From: Squalus acanthias
Lineage: Eukaryota
Length of the DNA stretch: 64,000 nucleotides
Assembly: GCA_030390025.1 (NCBI GenBank)
Contig: CM059438.1
Coordinates: 53,136,001 to 53,200,000, forward strand
Direction: 5' to 3'
The stretch's first letter is position 1, and each line of letters opens with the position of its first letter. Under the pieces are notes generated by a model. It did not search any database, was not told the origin of the DNA, and saw only the letters and a list, made by a program, of their open reading frames with translations. Position numbers and translations under genes: made by a program. This document shows positions 1 through 12,336 of this stretch, in pieces.

Positions 1-29
1 TGGCCAAACTCTTCTTTTAATCGATACCG

Positions 30-258
30 AGTGGGCAAGTAAGATTAAACCACCCACAAGCCCTCGAGCCTTTTCCGCCATTCTGTTAGATCATGACTGG
101 TCTGTATCTTAACTCAATCTACCCACCTTTGCTCCATATCGCTTGATACACTTACCTAACAAAAATCTATCGACCTCAGTCTTCAAAATTTCAATCATTC
201 ATCCACAGCCTTTTGAGGGAGAGAGTTCTAGACTTCCATTATCCTTTGTGTGAAAAAC
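30..258 (-). mobile_element. CR1/HER1-type LINE 3' end fragment
   Basis: Similar to the CR1 3' ends elsewhere in the window (e.g. 27300-27530). Confidence 0.65.
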
Positions 259-259
259 T

Positions 260-457
260 GTTGCATGCTATATTCTCCATAATTTGGCCATTACAATGCG
301 ATTGGGCCTTCCAAACACAGAAGGTGAGGAGGGAGAAGGTGCAGGAGAGCAATCCCCTGCTCACGATGAAGAATTCCAAGAGAGCGAGGGCCTAGACAAC
401 CCACTGCTAGCAGCACATTGCTTCAGACAGGAGATCATCACCAACTTCTTCCATTAA
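260..457 (+). pseudogene. PIF/Harbinger transposase C-terminal remnant
   Basis: Hand translation VACYILHNLAITMRLGLPNTEGEEGEG...AHCFRQEIITNFFH* aligns with the end of the 11024-12253 transposase (VVCYMLHNLAILR...ARAVRQRLITSRF). Confidence 0.75.
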
Positions 458-1689
458 ACAGGTTGCCCTCCATCTGCATGACACAGTAAATCCTTTCATG
501 ATCTTTGCATTGCTCTCATAACCCTTCAGCTAATCTGTAAGACCTCTCATAGTTTCTCTGGGAGAGGACAGTTGCAAACATTAATCACCATATAAGGGAG
601 ATCACCGGAGGTCTCCCAGGGAAAAGTACACAAACACATCGAATAGCCAGAAATGTACAAGTTTACTACCATCTCGTCTCTTCATTGTGCCGTACTGCTG
701 CTGCTACTTCTTATCAACATGACTATCCTTTATGCCTAAAATGATCCTAACCTCTTACTCATACACTGTGTGACCTCAGTGAAATCCTGGAAGACTGCGG
801 TGGCTCACATCTGACTGAAGCCGATGTCATGAGGACCTGTATCCAGTGTCATGTCACTTGCGCATTCAATGCTTGCCTAACCCAGGCCAGAAGCTCCCTT
901 CTGTACTGCCTTTGGAGGAGCTGCATTGATGCAGACACATTGTCACTGCCACAAGAAATAGCAACATCGGCAGCCATTCCTTGCAGCCCACTAGTGGTGT
1001 GCACAGGCTCAGTTGGTCTGCGCGAGAGCAGGTCGAATAGTCCCAATTAAATCCTAAAAGCCCTGAGCTAGGATGCTCTTCAGGCCATCTATGGAAGCAG
1101 TCACTGTTGACACGTCAGAAGTGACAACTGTGCTTTGACAACTGCATTGATCTCCTGAACTGCCAGAGTCACCAGGGTGTTCCTCAGGTCCCACATTGTA
1201 TTGCAGATATGGTTGTGGACTCCAACTTTTCCACTATCTACTCCATTTGAGAGGAGACTTTCTCCACTGTACACATAGATTTTTGTCCTTGGACTTCTCA
1301 GCCAAGGGGAGTCATTTCTGTCCCCTCAGGGGGAGAGTCAGCAGCTTCACCATCTTAGTCCCTCCTAGTGCCTCCTGGTCACTGGTACACTGTGACTCAC
1401 CCAGAGATATCCTCTCAGTCTCAGTAATGCCCTCATCTCAGCTGGATGTATCTAGCCTGATACTTAAGTAAGTACGATGCCATCCTGGTGTAGTGAATCA
1501 GGTGGAGGAAGGGCCTATCTGGAGGTTCCAGGTTGCTTGTCAGATGCTTATTTCTGTAAATGTTCAGCACTTGTGAGGGACACAAAGAACACTCATCCTA
1601 GGAGGGTGCTTTCTGACTTGTGAATCAGAAGCTGTGACTGAACAACAGCAGGAGGCCTTTCAAATCATCAGAAAGTGCAGTCAGCAAAA

Positions 1690-1886
1690 ACTCAGCCTGA
1701 AGGGGCGGTGGAAGCAGATTCAATAGCAACTTTCAAAAGGGAATTGGATATATATTTTTAAAAAGCAACATTTTCAGGGTTATGGGGAAAGAGCAGGGGC
1801 ATGGGACTAATTGGATAGCTCTTTCAAAGAGCTGGCACAGGCACGATGGGCCAGATGGCCTCTTGCTGTTCTGTATGATTCTATGA
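1690..1886 (+). mobile_element. CR1/HER1-type LINE 3' end
   Basis: Ends in gatgggcc..atggcctc stem-loop and (ATTCTATG)-like tail; matches 59890-60060. Confidence 0.75.
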
Positions 1887-1974
1887 TACATCTCATAAAT
1901 CACCTCATGCAGTGGAGAAGGGTGCTAGGCCCTCATGTGAAGTAATTAGAGGGGCCCTTAAGGGAGTAGGCACA

Positions 1975-2910
1975 TTAACACTCTCCAGAGAGACAGTAAC
2001 ATCTGCGATCAGATGTTGCAGCCGACTGGCACATCATTATGGACCAAATTGCCCCGCCCCTCTTGGAAGGCCTGTGCAAATGTGCATTCAGGCTGATGTC
2101 AAGGCTTCTATTGAAGCAACGGCAGCTGCCATTCCAGAAGCCACCAATGTCCTTAGAAGCAGTTCCTGGCATCTTGATGTTGCAAAAAATCTCCCAGGTT
2201 GTCATTCCTTCTTGGTTGTTCTGCAGGTCATGAGAAACTTCCTGCAATGCATCACAGTTGCAGGTAGTGGATTCCTCCCATTTGTCCATTATCTCAACAA
2301 TATGTGGAAACCATATCCACTGCCTCCACATGAGATCCATGATCCCCAATTATGGCTCTTTTGAAGACTGGGCCCCTGAAATCTGAGTCCCCAAGCTCCT
2401 TAGCCGAGGGCAGTCATTTCTCCACCCTCCATGGAAGAATGTCACTCTCCTTCTCTTCCACTTCCAGCTCATCATTCACACTGGTGCTGTGTCTCATCCA
2501 GTGATAGTCGTTCTGACTCACTAACTACTTCCTCCTGAGTGTATGTCTCTGGGCTGAGATGCTATGACAGAGTTGGTGATGAAGTGGCATCAGTTGTGGA
2601 TCTGGACGTGGTCATCTAAGTGGCTGGCCTTTTCCTCCAAGGCTGCCCATCATGTGAAAAACAGAAGAGCTTGTTTAACCATGCACACAGTGACATTTTC
2701 CCCTTCAAGAAATAGTTGCTGCACGTAAGGACATTACAATACTTTGAGAAAGCACATGGAGCTGACACTACCCATGATGAGCATTTCCTAGCTTTTGCCA
2801 ACCTTCTGTTGTAGCCTCACCATTTCCCACAGCCTCTGCTATCTGTCTGCCTATGATATCTAAGGCCTCTTCTTCCTACAGGCTCATTCAACAGTTATTG
2901 GCCAGTTTGC
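1975..2910 (-). pseudogene. Highly decayed Harbinger Myb/SANT accessory gene (exon 2/3 remnants)
   Basis: Minus strand near 2910-2810 has a pyrimidine tract+AG followed by GKLANN...EEEALDIIGRQIAEAVGNGEA, resembling exon 2 of the other Myb genes (AKLSHN...; EETVLAILGSAIAEPVASGGAE). It is convergent with the transposase remnant at 260-457. Confidence 0.5.
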
Positions 2911-4122
2911 CCTTTGGAGGGAGAGAAGAGAATGTTAAAGCCATCGAGTGCATGGACACTTGCCCTGTAAGAGCACATGATGTTATGATGGCGATGAGAG
3001 GAGCAGCTGCACTGCCGCTTTAAATGAAATGTCCTTGAAGACCAGCAGAAACCCTTGTTTCAGGCATTGTGAGTTGACAGAGTGGTTGATAGTTAAGATT
3101 GAGCTTAAGTGTTTGGAGAGCTTGCCCTTTGCAGAAGTAAGTTTCCCTGACACCCAAATGCTGAGAGAGGAGTATGATAGGTAAAGAGCTGAGTGAAGAC
3201 TCCACGAGTGGTAGAGAATGTGTATAAGCAAGAGGCCTTGTAGTACTTAATAAAAATTCAAACCTACCTGTATGGATTATGCAGGCAAGGAGGCTGTAAG
3301 GTTAGCTATGTCCTGTGGCTGTGATGGCTATGAAGCAGTTTAATGGCAGGCTAGTTGTGGGGAACGGGAGCTTCTAAAGCTCCATCTAGTGGTGGAAATG
3401 AAGCTGCAGGCGTGACTGGGACCCGTGACGATCAATAGCTGCTCACATAATAATGGGAAAACATATCAAGGTGCCACCTAGAGGAATGACAGGGAATGGT
3501 GATGCCCAAAAAAGGCACGTGTGACCTTTATACTTATTTTAATATATTATAGATCATTTAAACACTAACTGAAGCTGCAACAGGTGTGTAGTTAATACCA
3601 TCTGTCATGTTTCATTCTTTCTCTGTCCACCCATGTCTCACACAAATGGACAGCCGTGCCCATGCGGGCTCGTACACACTGACCACACACACATACCCTT
3701 AAAAATAAATTAATACACATTTTACCTGAATAAAACTTTGGAAATTTGTCCTCCAGCCTTGCTTTAAATCATTTTGTAAAACAAGTAATAGACATTTTTG
3801 GGAATTGAGTGAGAAGCAGTGTATCATTTGGATAGCTAATGTTACTGATACATCCTGGGAAATTGTGCATGTTGCACTTGCTTAGGCTACAGGATCTGCC
3901 TCATGTTAGCAGCATCACCACTCTGGGCAAAAATATCAACTCCAGTACCTGGCTTTTGGGAGAGACTGAGGCCTTCAAGTAAAAACTTAATAAAAATATT
4001 AAAAGACACAGAAACAATATAATTTAATCATGTTATTGTGAAATATTTATTTTGAATATTTCAGGTAATGAGGAAAAATAATGGATGAAAGTGTTTTGAA
4101 AAAACAGTTTGAGTGATTGATT

Positions 4123-5180
4123 AGCTCAAAACTGAGCATCCATGAGGCACTATGGGCCATCAGCAGCAGCGGAATTGTATTCCACCACAATCTGTAACCT
4201 CATGGCCCGGCATATCTCTCACACTACCAGTACCATCAAGCCAGGGGACCAACCCTGGTTCAATAAGGAGTGTAGAAGAGCATGCCAGGAGCAGCACCAG
4301 GCGTATCTAAAAATGAGGTGCCAACCTGGGGAAGCTACAACACAGGACTACATGCATGCTAAAAAGCGGAAGCAGCATGCTATAGACAGAGCTAAGCAAT
4401 CCCACAATCAACGGATCAGATCAAAGCTCTGCAGTCCTGCCACATCCAGTCGTGAATGGTGGTGGACCATTAAACAACTAACGGGAGGAGGAGGTTCCAA
4501 GAATATCCCCATCCTCAATGACAGTGGAGCCCAGCACGTGAGTGCAATGACAAAGTGGATGATCCATATCGGCCTCCTCCTGAGGTCCCCACCATCACAG
4601 AAGCCAGTCTTCAGCCAATTTGATTCACTCCACGTGATATCAAGAAACGGCTGAGCGCACTGGATACAGCAAAGGCTACGGGCCCTGACAATATCCCGGC
4701 TATCGTGCTGAAGACTTGTGCTCCAGAACTAGCCGCGCCTCTAGCCAAGCTGTTCCAGTACAGCTACAACACTGGCATCTATCCGACAATGTGAAAACTG
4801 CCCAGGTATGTCTTGTCCACAAAAAGCAGGAATAATCCAACCCCACCAATTACCGCCCCATCAGTCTACTCTCAATCATCAGCAGAGTGATGGAAGGTGT
4901 CGTCGACAGTGCTATCAAGCAGCACTTACTCACCAATAACCTGCTCACTGATGCCCAGTTTGGGTTCCGCCAGGACCACTCGGCTCCCGACTTCATTACA
5001 GCCTTGGTCCAAACGTGGACAAAGGAGCTGAATTCCAGAGGTGAGGTGCGAGTGACTGCCCTTGACATCAAGGCAGCATTTGACCGAGTGTGGCATCAAA
5101 GAGCCCTAGTAAAACTGAAGTCAATGGGAATCAGGGGAAAAACTCTCCACTGGCTGGAGTCATACCTAGCACAAAGGAAG
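4123..5180 (+). mobile_element. APE-RT LINE fragment (CR1 group; same family as 20598-22569)
   Basis: ORFs 4142-4654 and 4887-5201 contain QPWFNKECRRA, QFGFR, ALDIKAAFDRVWH. Near-identical to the ORF at 20491-21414; has stops and a deletion. Confidence 0.9.
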
Positions 5181-5188
5181 GAGGTCTT

Positions 5189-5586
5189 CATAGAAACATA
5201 GAAACATAGAATCTAGAAGCAGGAGTAGGCCATTCGGCCCGTCGAGCCTGCTCCACCATTCAATACGATCATGGCTGATCATCCAAATCCAGTACCCTGT
5301 CCCTGCTTTAATCCCCACAGTACACATATCCCACCCTACCCCCGTAACCCCACGTATTTAATTCCCCCTAACATATCCCATCCTATCCCCATAACCCCAC
5401 ATATTTAATCCCCCCTTAACACTAAGGGTCAATTTATCATAGCCAAATCAACCTAACCCGCACATTTTTGGACTGTGGGAGGAAACCGGAGCACCCGGAG
5501 GAAACCCACGCAGACACGGGGAGAATGTGCAAACTCCACACAGACAGTCACCCGAGGTCAGATTCGAACCCGGGTCTCTGGCGCTC
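5189..5586 (-). mobile_element. HE1-like V-SINE, 5' truncated
   Basis: B box GGTTCGAATC (5561-5570, minus), V-domain core (ggaggaaaccggagcacccggaggaaacccacgcagacac), CR1/HER1-type 3' stem-loop and (CATAGAAA)n tail. Confidence 0.8.
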
Positions 5587-6519
5587 AGTGGGTGCTCATA
5601 CCAATATGGGTGCACCTTGGACACCCACTAGAGGAGAGGGCAAGGAATTATGGTGTTGGTTGGCTGGCGGGGTGGGGGGGAGGGTTTGCTGGTACGCACC
5701 CCAAAAGTGCAGAAAACCAAGCTGATTGGTTCCTTTTAAAGTAAGGCCAATCCAAATATGGGATTTCAGGATTTCCAAGGTCTTCCACTTTCATAGGTTG
5801 TTTCTGGCATCCAGATTGCAATGCAAAATGGGGGTGAGAGCCATGGGTAAGACCCCCCTCACCCCGGCTCCCCCGCCCTTGGCCCTTTCTTCGCTGGCCT
5901 CAGGGACCATTCTCATTTCCAATCTTTGTCAAAAGCAAATGGCTAATTGTAACATATACACTGGGAAGAATTTTCTTTATAAAGGGGACTCTGGAACAAA
6001 GGGTTAGTAAATGTGATTGAACAGGCTGTTGGATAGTCCACCTTTAATGTGTTACTGTAGGAGGTTTCTGGAGGAAATTGTATTGATCCATTGAACTGAT
6101 TGAAAGCAAATAGGAAGAATAAGAAAAGAACAATGGAAATCAGACTCAGACTGGTAGAGATAAGGGTTGACCAAAGACAGGTAATCTATATTCAAAATCA
6201 GCAGGCTATATAGCAGAGGAAGACAGCTGGAGGTGGAGAGATAAAAGATAAATGAAAAGGTAGCAATTATGTGATAACTAGTGTTGGTATAAGATTAAGT
6301 TAAGTCAGAAACTAATTGCCTCAGGAAAATACCACATTTTAATTTAAAATGAAGTGAGATACACTAAAAAAAATCAATCAACAGGAGTGGTATTGACCTG
6401 CACTGCATTATCAACACAACCTGCTGAATCCAGACAAAATTCACCAACATCTTTTAAGGTGCGAAAAGTATATTAACTCTTACCATGAAACTGGGAGTAT
6501 CACAATACACCTGTCAGGG

Positions 6520-7650
6520 AACCAGAGAAGCACAGACATGTACAGCTCAGAAAGAGGCCAAACGACCCATTGTGTCTGTGCCAGCTCTCTGCTACAGCAA
6601 TCCAAATCTAACCCCAATGCTCTGCTCTCTCCCCATTGCCCTCTATCTTCTTCTGCTTCAAATATTTATCCAATTTTCCTCTAAAATGAACAGTGTTCTT
6701 TGCCTCATTTATTCCATATGGGGCAGCATTCCATGCTCCAACAACTATTTGTGTAAAGATATTTCTCCTAACCACGCTCCTCACCCCCTCAGTGATCATT
6801 TTAAATTGATTACCCCTGGTCACTGACTCCACAACCAGAGGAAATGGTCTTTTCCTTTTAACTCTAGGTGTCAACTGAAGCTCAGTAGTAGCACTCTGAG
6901 TTAGAAGGTTGTGAGTTCACGTTCCACTCCAGAGACTCGAGCACAAAATTGAGGCTGACATTTCAGTGCAGTATTGAGGGAGTGCTGAACTGTCAGAGGT
7001 GCTGTCTTTTGGATGAGACATTAAACCAAGGCCCCATCTGCCCTATCAGGTTGATGTAAAAGATCCCATGGCACTATTTTGAAGAAGAGCAGAGCAGTTC
7101 TCCAAGGGCGTCTGGCCAATATTTTTCCCTCAACCAACATCAATAAAATGGATTATCTGGTCATTATCACATTTCTGTTTGTGGGAGCTTGCTGTGCGCA
7201 AATTGGCTGCCGTGTTTCCTACATTACAACAGTGACAACACTTCAAAAAGTACTTCATTGGCTGTAAAGTGCTTTGGGGTGTCATGGGGTCATATAAGGT
7301 GCTATATAAATGCAATCGATCTATCTTTCTTTCTATTAAAACCCTTCATAATTTAAAAACATCTCCAATAAATCTCCTCTTAGCCTTCTCTGCTCCAGTA
7401 GAAAGAGTCTCAGTATCTCAAATCTCTCCTCATAATGGTAGTTCCCCATCCCTGGCATGATCTTGGTGAATCTACGCTGTACACTCTCTATGGCTTTCAT
7501 TTCCTTTCTATAATGGGGCACCCAACATTACTCTAACTGTGGCCTATCCCACTGCTTTGTACAAATTTATCATTACATTTTTACTCTTATACTCTGTGTC
7601 CCCATTTATGAAGCCCTGAAAGTTGTTGGCTTTTTTATGGCTTTATGTAC
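6520..7650 (-). mobile_element. CR1 LINE fragment acting as host for nested insertions (continues at 16511-16597 and about 20572-20590)
   Basis: ORFs 6608-6874 and 7336-7521 are CR1 ORF2 C-terminal peptides (VQRRFTK, RRLRGDL). The sequence resumes collinearly beyond the Gypsy and hAT insertions. Confidence 0.8.
6867..7335 (+). mobile_element. Deu-domain SINE (SacSINE1/AmnSINE-like)
   Basis: tRNA-like head, Deu core (ggatgagacattaaaccaaggcccc...gtaaaagatcccatggcactatttt), and L2-type tail (gctatataaatgcaa) shared with the L2 end at 31872. Confidence 0.8.
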
Positions 7651-7652
7651 GG

Positions 7653-7904
7653 TGTCGATACCTCTTTAGAGAGTAGTTGAAGCCATGCATTTCAGAAGAG
7701 TATCAACATTTTATTTAAGTATATATAACAAATTAAAACTTACAAGAGTTGCAGGAACCAGTGCTGAGCTCCACGAGTCTGCAGCCCAACCTGCGCACAC
7801 ACACACTCACACACAGGAGAGCGAGAGAGAGAGAGAGAGTCACATGCAAGGCACCACATGCGTAGACACCACACACGTACAGCAAATGAGCGCCCCGCAT
7901 CACA
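7653..7904 (-). repeat. 3' LTR
   Basis: TGTCGATA...CACA; direct repeat of 16253-16500 (about 6 mismatches in the first ~140 nt by eye). Confidence 0.9.
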
Positions 7905-7915
7905 TCTTCCCCTTC
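7905..7915 (-). promoter_or_regulatory. Polypurine tract
   Basis: GAAGGGGAAGA on the minus strand abutting the 3' LTR. Confidence 0.8.
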
Positions 7916-7992
7916 ACAGAAAAAGATATACTATCTAACCGTTTCAGACTTTAAAAAAAATATACATACTGGAAATCTGAAATTTAGCCAAG

Positions 7993-8610
7993 TCAAAACA
8001 CACAATCACAAGCAGGAACTACAGAAACACAGTCCTCCAATGGAGCTGGAGTCTGACGCTGTCTTCCAGACCTGCGATCGGCGATTGGTGTCTGAATACC
8101 AGGAGGTTCTGGTGTTGTAGGTGTTATTGCTTGATTTGGAGACAGTGGACAGTTCCGAGGACCGCTGGGGCCCTGCGTTTCCGAAAAGTCCTCAATCTCA
8201 GGAGTGTTGCTTATAGGTGGCTCATCAGCATAAACCAACTGACGCCGATTCCCACGGTATGATGAGTCTCCGACTTGCACATTGTAACTTCCAGGACCCA
8301 CCACACGCGTGCATGTACCAACACTCCAAATACTCTGGCCAGGGAGTTTCATCCGCACAGTATCATCAGGTTGCATTGCTTGAAGTGGTTCAGCGTGCAT
8401 CTTGTATTAATGCTGCTGATGTTGCTTCATGCCGACAAGCACACAAGTGTCTTCCTCAGTCGAATAGTGAGGCTGCAGGAGTCCTCCAGCTATAGGAAGT
8501 AGTGCCTTGCACCTACGACCCATAGTGTTTGCAGGGCTTGAGCCCACACCCTCACTCGACGTGTTGCACCAATCCAATAGATCGAAGAACTCTGATCGAC
8601 TGGACTCTTT
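7993..8610 (-). pseudogene. Gypsy integrase C-terminal part
   Basis: ESSRSEFFDLLDWCNTSSEGVGSSPA..MGRRCKALLP, then GPGSYNVQVGDSSYRGNRRQL. Confidence 0.85.
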
Positions 8611-8971
8611 GGGAGAGAAATTCGGTATCGCCCTGTTTGGGGCGCAATTATCGGCCGGGCGCAAAGTTTAGCGCCAGGCGCGAATTATCGCCTCTGACTG
8701 CAAACTTGGCTTTTATCGCCCCTGGAGGTGATTGGAACACTAAATCAGGCGCTGCACACCTATCTTAAAGCGCAAAGGCCGAGGAGCGAGGCGCTAACTC
8801 AGAGCGCTGGCGCAGCGCAGGTGATGTCAGTTAGCGATGGAACACAGACACACTGGCACCGGCCAGTTCTTAAAGGGGAGGCTCGATCTTGCTCTCCAGC
8901 CACACCCTGCTCATTGGAGCCTTGAATCTTGGCCTGGAGAGACCTGTGCCTAAATTTTCCAGCCAAGGACT

Positions 8972-10711
8972 ATGGAGAGGGTGAGAGAACGAGCTCAGCG
9001 CTTCAGCGAGCAGGCCTTGGAGGCTCTGGTTGGCGCGGTGGAGTGCAGAAGATCTATACTCTACCCTGAGAGTGGCAGGAGGCCTTTGCCGCGCGTCTAC
9101 AGAAGAGTGTGGAGGGAGGTGGCTCAGCACATCTCCTCCAGGAGCCTGGTGCCCAGGACCCATACACAATGTCACAAAAAGTTCAACGACCTCACTCGGG
9201 TCGTCAGGGTGAGTGGCTTTGTTTCAATACCTCTCCATCCCTCCATCTCAACCTCAGTCTATGGCCAGAGGGTCTTAAAACCCCAATGCCCAACACTCAT
9301 CCAACACCTATGGCCCTCTCATAAAACACACACGCACATTCCACACCTTGCATACAGTAAGGGCTATTCAACTATGGGAGGCACATCAGGCAAGAGCATG
9401 TCTGCATACAGCAAGGGCTATTCAACTGTGGGAGGCACATCAGGCAAGACCATGGCTGTATATTTACTCAGACGCCGTCCTTTTTCTTGCAGGCCAAGCT
9501 ATCTCATAATAGGAGACAGCAGCAACGGACGGGTGGAGGGCCGCCTCAGCTGCAACCCCTCAGCGATCTTGAGGCGTGCGTCCAGAGGATTGTGGCAAGC
9601 CAGGTGATCGGTCCCGTCGCCCCTGGAGAGGCCGACCCCGTTCAGGACAGCAATGGTAAGGTCATCAGCTTTCTCTCCTCTCTCATTCCACTTGTCCCTC
9701 ACAACACCAGCCTTTGACACTTTCAATCCAACTTACTAAATCGCTGCACTCATTCCTCCCTTACTGCCCCCCTGTCCTCACCTTAAAGCCACTCTTGTAC
9801 CTCCCTGCTTTCAGATGGTGATTCACCAGCTGAGGAGACGGGCCCTCAAGCTGCCAGTGGGAGCAAAGCCGCAGGTGAGGAGGTAGAGGAAGCCAGAGCC
9901 TCAGCGCCACCCTCCCCCGAGGAAGCCCATGCCCACACTGGGACCACATCTTCCCTGGAGGGGAGCAGGGGGGAAGGGTCTGATGAGGGTGAAGCTCCGG
10001 GATCCAGTGGGCTGCAGCAACGCGATGGGGGTAGGGAAGCTCGGGGGCCTTCTCCCCGGAGGGAGAGGAGGAGCGGCTCATCGCTGAAATGAACACCCAG
10101 GCGGTGGACACTCAGCTCATGGGTGCAGTGGGAATGGTGCCCGAAAGCATTGCTGTACTGGCAAGGAGTGTGGAGCACTATGCTGTAGCTGCCATGATCC
10201 AATCTCAGACTGCTCTCATGCAGTCTCAGATTGAGGCCACGCAAGCACTGACTGCTGCCATCATCGCTGGTTCAGACACATTTCCAAGGGCTCTCACCAC
10301 GCCACAGCAGGCCAGCAATCTGTGCTCCAGCAGATTGCTCCGGATGCTGAGGTACTGACCCGTTGGAGTGCCAGTGTGTCGGTCGAGCAGGAAGGTGCTG
10401 TCCTCTCTCAGGATGACAACATTTCTGCTCCCACCACTGGCACTTCCCCATTGCACTTGCCTCGGCCTGCAACACAGCCAGCCCAGACTGCTGCCGCCCA
10501 TGCAGAGTTGGTGCAGTCTGCAGCCGGGCCCTCCAGGCCCAGAGCTGGTCGAGGCCGTCCTTCAAGGGCATCTGCAGTCTCAGGTTCTGACAATCAGCAG
10601 ACTTCCACCAGTCTTGCTGCAGCCACTGGGGCCCCATTACGGAGGAGCAGTAGGGTGAGAAGGGGGGAAGTGCGCAAGGGAAGGAGATCACCCTCGAAGG
10701 GCAAAAAGTAG
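8972..10711 (+). pseudogene. Harbinger Myb/SANT DNA-binding protein gene, 3 exons (8972-9208, 9493-9655, 9815-10711), frameshifted in exon 3
   Basis: RAQRFSEQALEALV...W..VA...RTHTQCHKKFNDL Myb/SANT motif; GT-AG introns in consistent phase (0, then 1). A 34-nt deletion near 10063 relative to the copy at 49260-50920 shifts the frame. Confidence 0.88.
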
Positions 10712-11023
10712 GAGGTCTGACGAAATGTTGGGAATGATTTTATTCAAGGCCGAGTTTCGTGTTAAAACTTTTGTTTAATGCTTTGACCATTATCTTCAGG
10801 TTGTGAGAACCAGTTATGTTAATTAATGATTTTTTGTGCTTGTTTCTATTAGTTTGTCATGAAGAAATGACACACACAGAGTTTGTAAAATAAAAAAGTT
10901 TTTGTATTGAAAATGTACATGTTTGACCTTTGGAATCATTGCTGCCTTGGCCGGCTATTGGGGTTGCGGGTTACTTTCCATCATGTTGTTCTCCATGCCA
11001 GAAGCCATTTCCTGAGTAGGGGC

Positions 11024-12253
11024 CTAGAAGCGGCTTGTTATCAGTCGTTGACGGACGGCCCGTGCAATTTCAACATTGTGGGCCTCACTCCCGCCTTGGT
11101 GCTGCTGCTGATCATCCTCCTCTTCCTCCTTCTCAGGTGGTGCACCAATCTTTGGTGGCATTGGCTGGGTCCTCAGGATTGCCAGATTGTGAAGCATGTA
11201 GCACACAACTATGAAGAGGGAGACTCGCTCAGGCGAATACTGCAGGGCTCCTCCTGAGTGGTCCAGACAGTGGAACCGTTGCTTGAGCACGCCGATCGTC
11301 TGCTCAATGATGTTCCTGGTGGCGAGATGGCTCTCGTTGTACCGCAGCTCAGCAGGGGTGTTGGGGTTACGGAGCAGTGTCATCAGCCAGGTGCAGAGTG
11401 GATAACCCTTGTCCCCGAGGAGCCATCCACTTGGCTGATGCGGTGCCTGGAAAAGGTCTGGCACACCAGTCTGGCGCAGGATGAAAGCATCGTGGCTGCT
11501 GCCAGGATAGCGGGCATTGACAGCGAGTATCAGCTGTCTGTGGTCACAGACCAACTGCACATTTAAGGAGTGGTAGCCCTTGAGGTTTCGGAAAACCTCT
11601 GCATTCTCATGCGGTGCCCGCAATGCCACATGCGTGCAGTCAGTGGTGCCCTGCACCATGGGGAAGCCCGCTATCCTCGCAAAGCCCAATGCGCGTTCAT
11701 GCTGTTTGGCCCGGGTCATGGGGAAAGAGATGTACTGGCGTCTCCTTTTATAGAGGGCATTTGTCACCTCCCGGATACAGCAATTGACCGCGAACCGGGA
11801 GATATTGGCGATGTCCCCAGTAGCTGCTTGAAAGGAGCCAGTGGCATAAAAATTCAGAGCCACTGTCACATTCACTGCCACTGACAGAGACGTCCTGGTC
11901 CTCAGTTGAGGCTGCAGATCTGATTGCAGCAGGTGGCAGAGCTCAGTGACCACCTCCTTGCTGAAGCGCAGCCTGCACAAACACTGCTCCTCAGACAAAT
12001 GAATGTAGGAGAATTGTTCCCGGAATACCCTGAGAGGGTAAGGTCTCCCGTGCAGAGGCCTGTTGGCCCTCCTCCGTCTGGCCATGATTACCACTCTCTC
12101 TCTGCGTCTCTGTTGCCTCCGATTCTGCAGGTGCAGGACGACGCCCTGAATCAGTGCAGCCCCCACACTCTCTTGACAATCGAAGTAATGGTGGTCAAAT
12201 CTAAAAGAACCTGCAAAGTGCTGCTCAGTAGCCAAAACTACTTCCCACAGCAT
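11024..12253 (-). CDS. PIF/Harbinger DDE transposase (HARBI1-like family)
   Basis: Uninterrupted 409-aa ORF with GTTDCTHV, SLNVQLVCD, YPGSSHDAFIL, LLGDKGYP, RNIIEQTIGVLKQRF, LHNLAI. The true start codon is uncertain. Confidence 0.93.
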   Translation of the reverse strand: MLWEVVLATEQHFAGSFRFDHHYFDCQESVGAALIQGVVLHLQNRRQQRRRERVVIMARRRRANRPLHGRPYPLRVFREQFSYIHLSEEQCLCRLRFSKEVVTELCHLLQSDLQPQLRTRTSLSVAVNVTVALNFYATGSFQAATGDIANISRFAVNCCIREVTNALYKRRRQYISFPMTRAKQHERALGFARIAGFPMVQGTTDCTHVALRAPHENAEVFRNLKGYHSLNVQLVCDHRQLILAVNARYPGSSHDAFILRQTGVPDLFQAPHQPSGWLLGDKGYPLCTWLMTLLRNPNTPAELRYNESHLATRNIIEQTIGVLKQRFHCLDHSGGALQYSPERVSLFIVVCYMLHNLAILRTQPMPPKIGAPPEKEEEEDDQQQHQGGSEAHNVEIARAVRQRLITSRF

Positions 12254-12269
12254 TAACTCTATGCAGAAG

Positions 12270-12336
12270 TCTCCCTCTCTCTCTCTCTCAGAATCTCTCT
12301 CTCTCTCTCTCTCTCTCTCAGAATCTCTCTCTCTCT
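12270..12336. repeat. (CT)n microsatellite with CAGAAT interruptions
   Basis: Direct reading. Confidence 0.9.

Noticed and set aside
7647..7652. TSD of the Gypsy provirus
   Set aside because: Only an imperfect TGTAC/TGCAC similarity and a ragged right LTR end; cannot be called.
11024..12253. Domesticated host gene HARBI1 (or MSANTD/NAIF1 for the Myb ORFs)
   Set aside because: Enclosed by TIRs and a TSD inside a retrotransposon, with related copies nearby; these are transposon genes.
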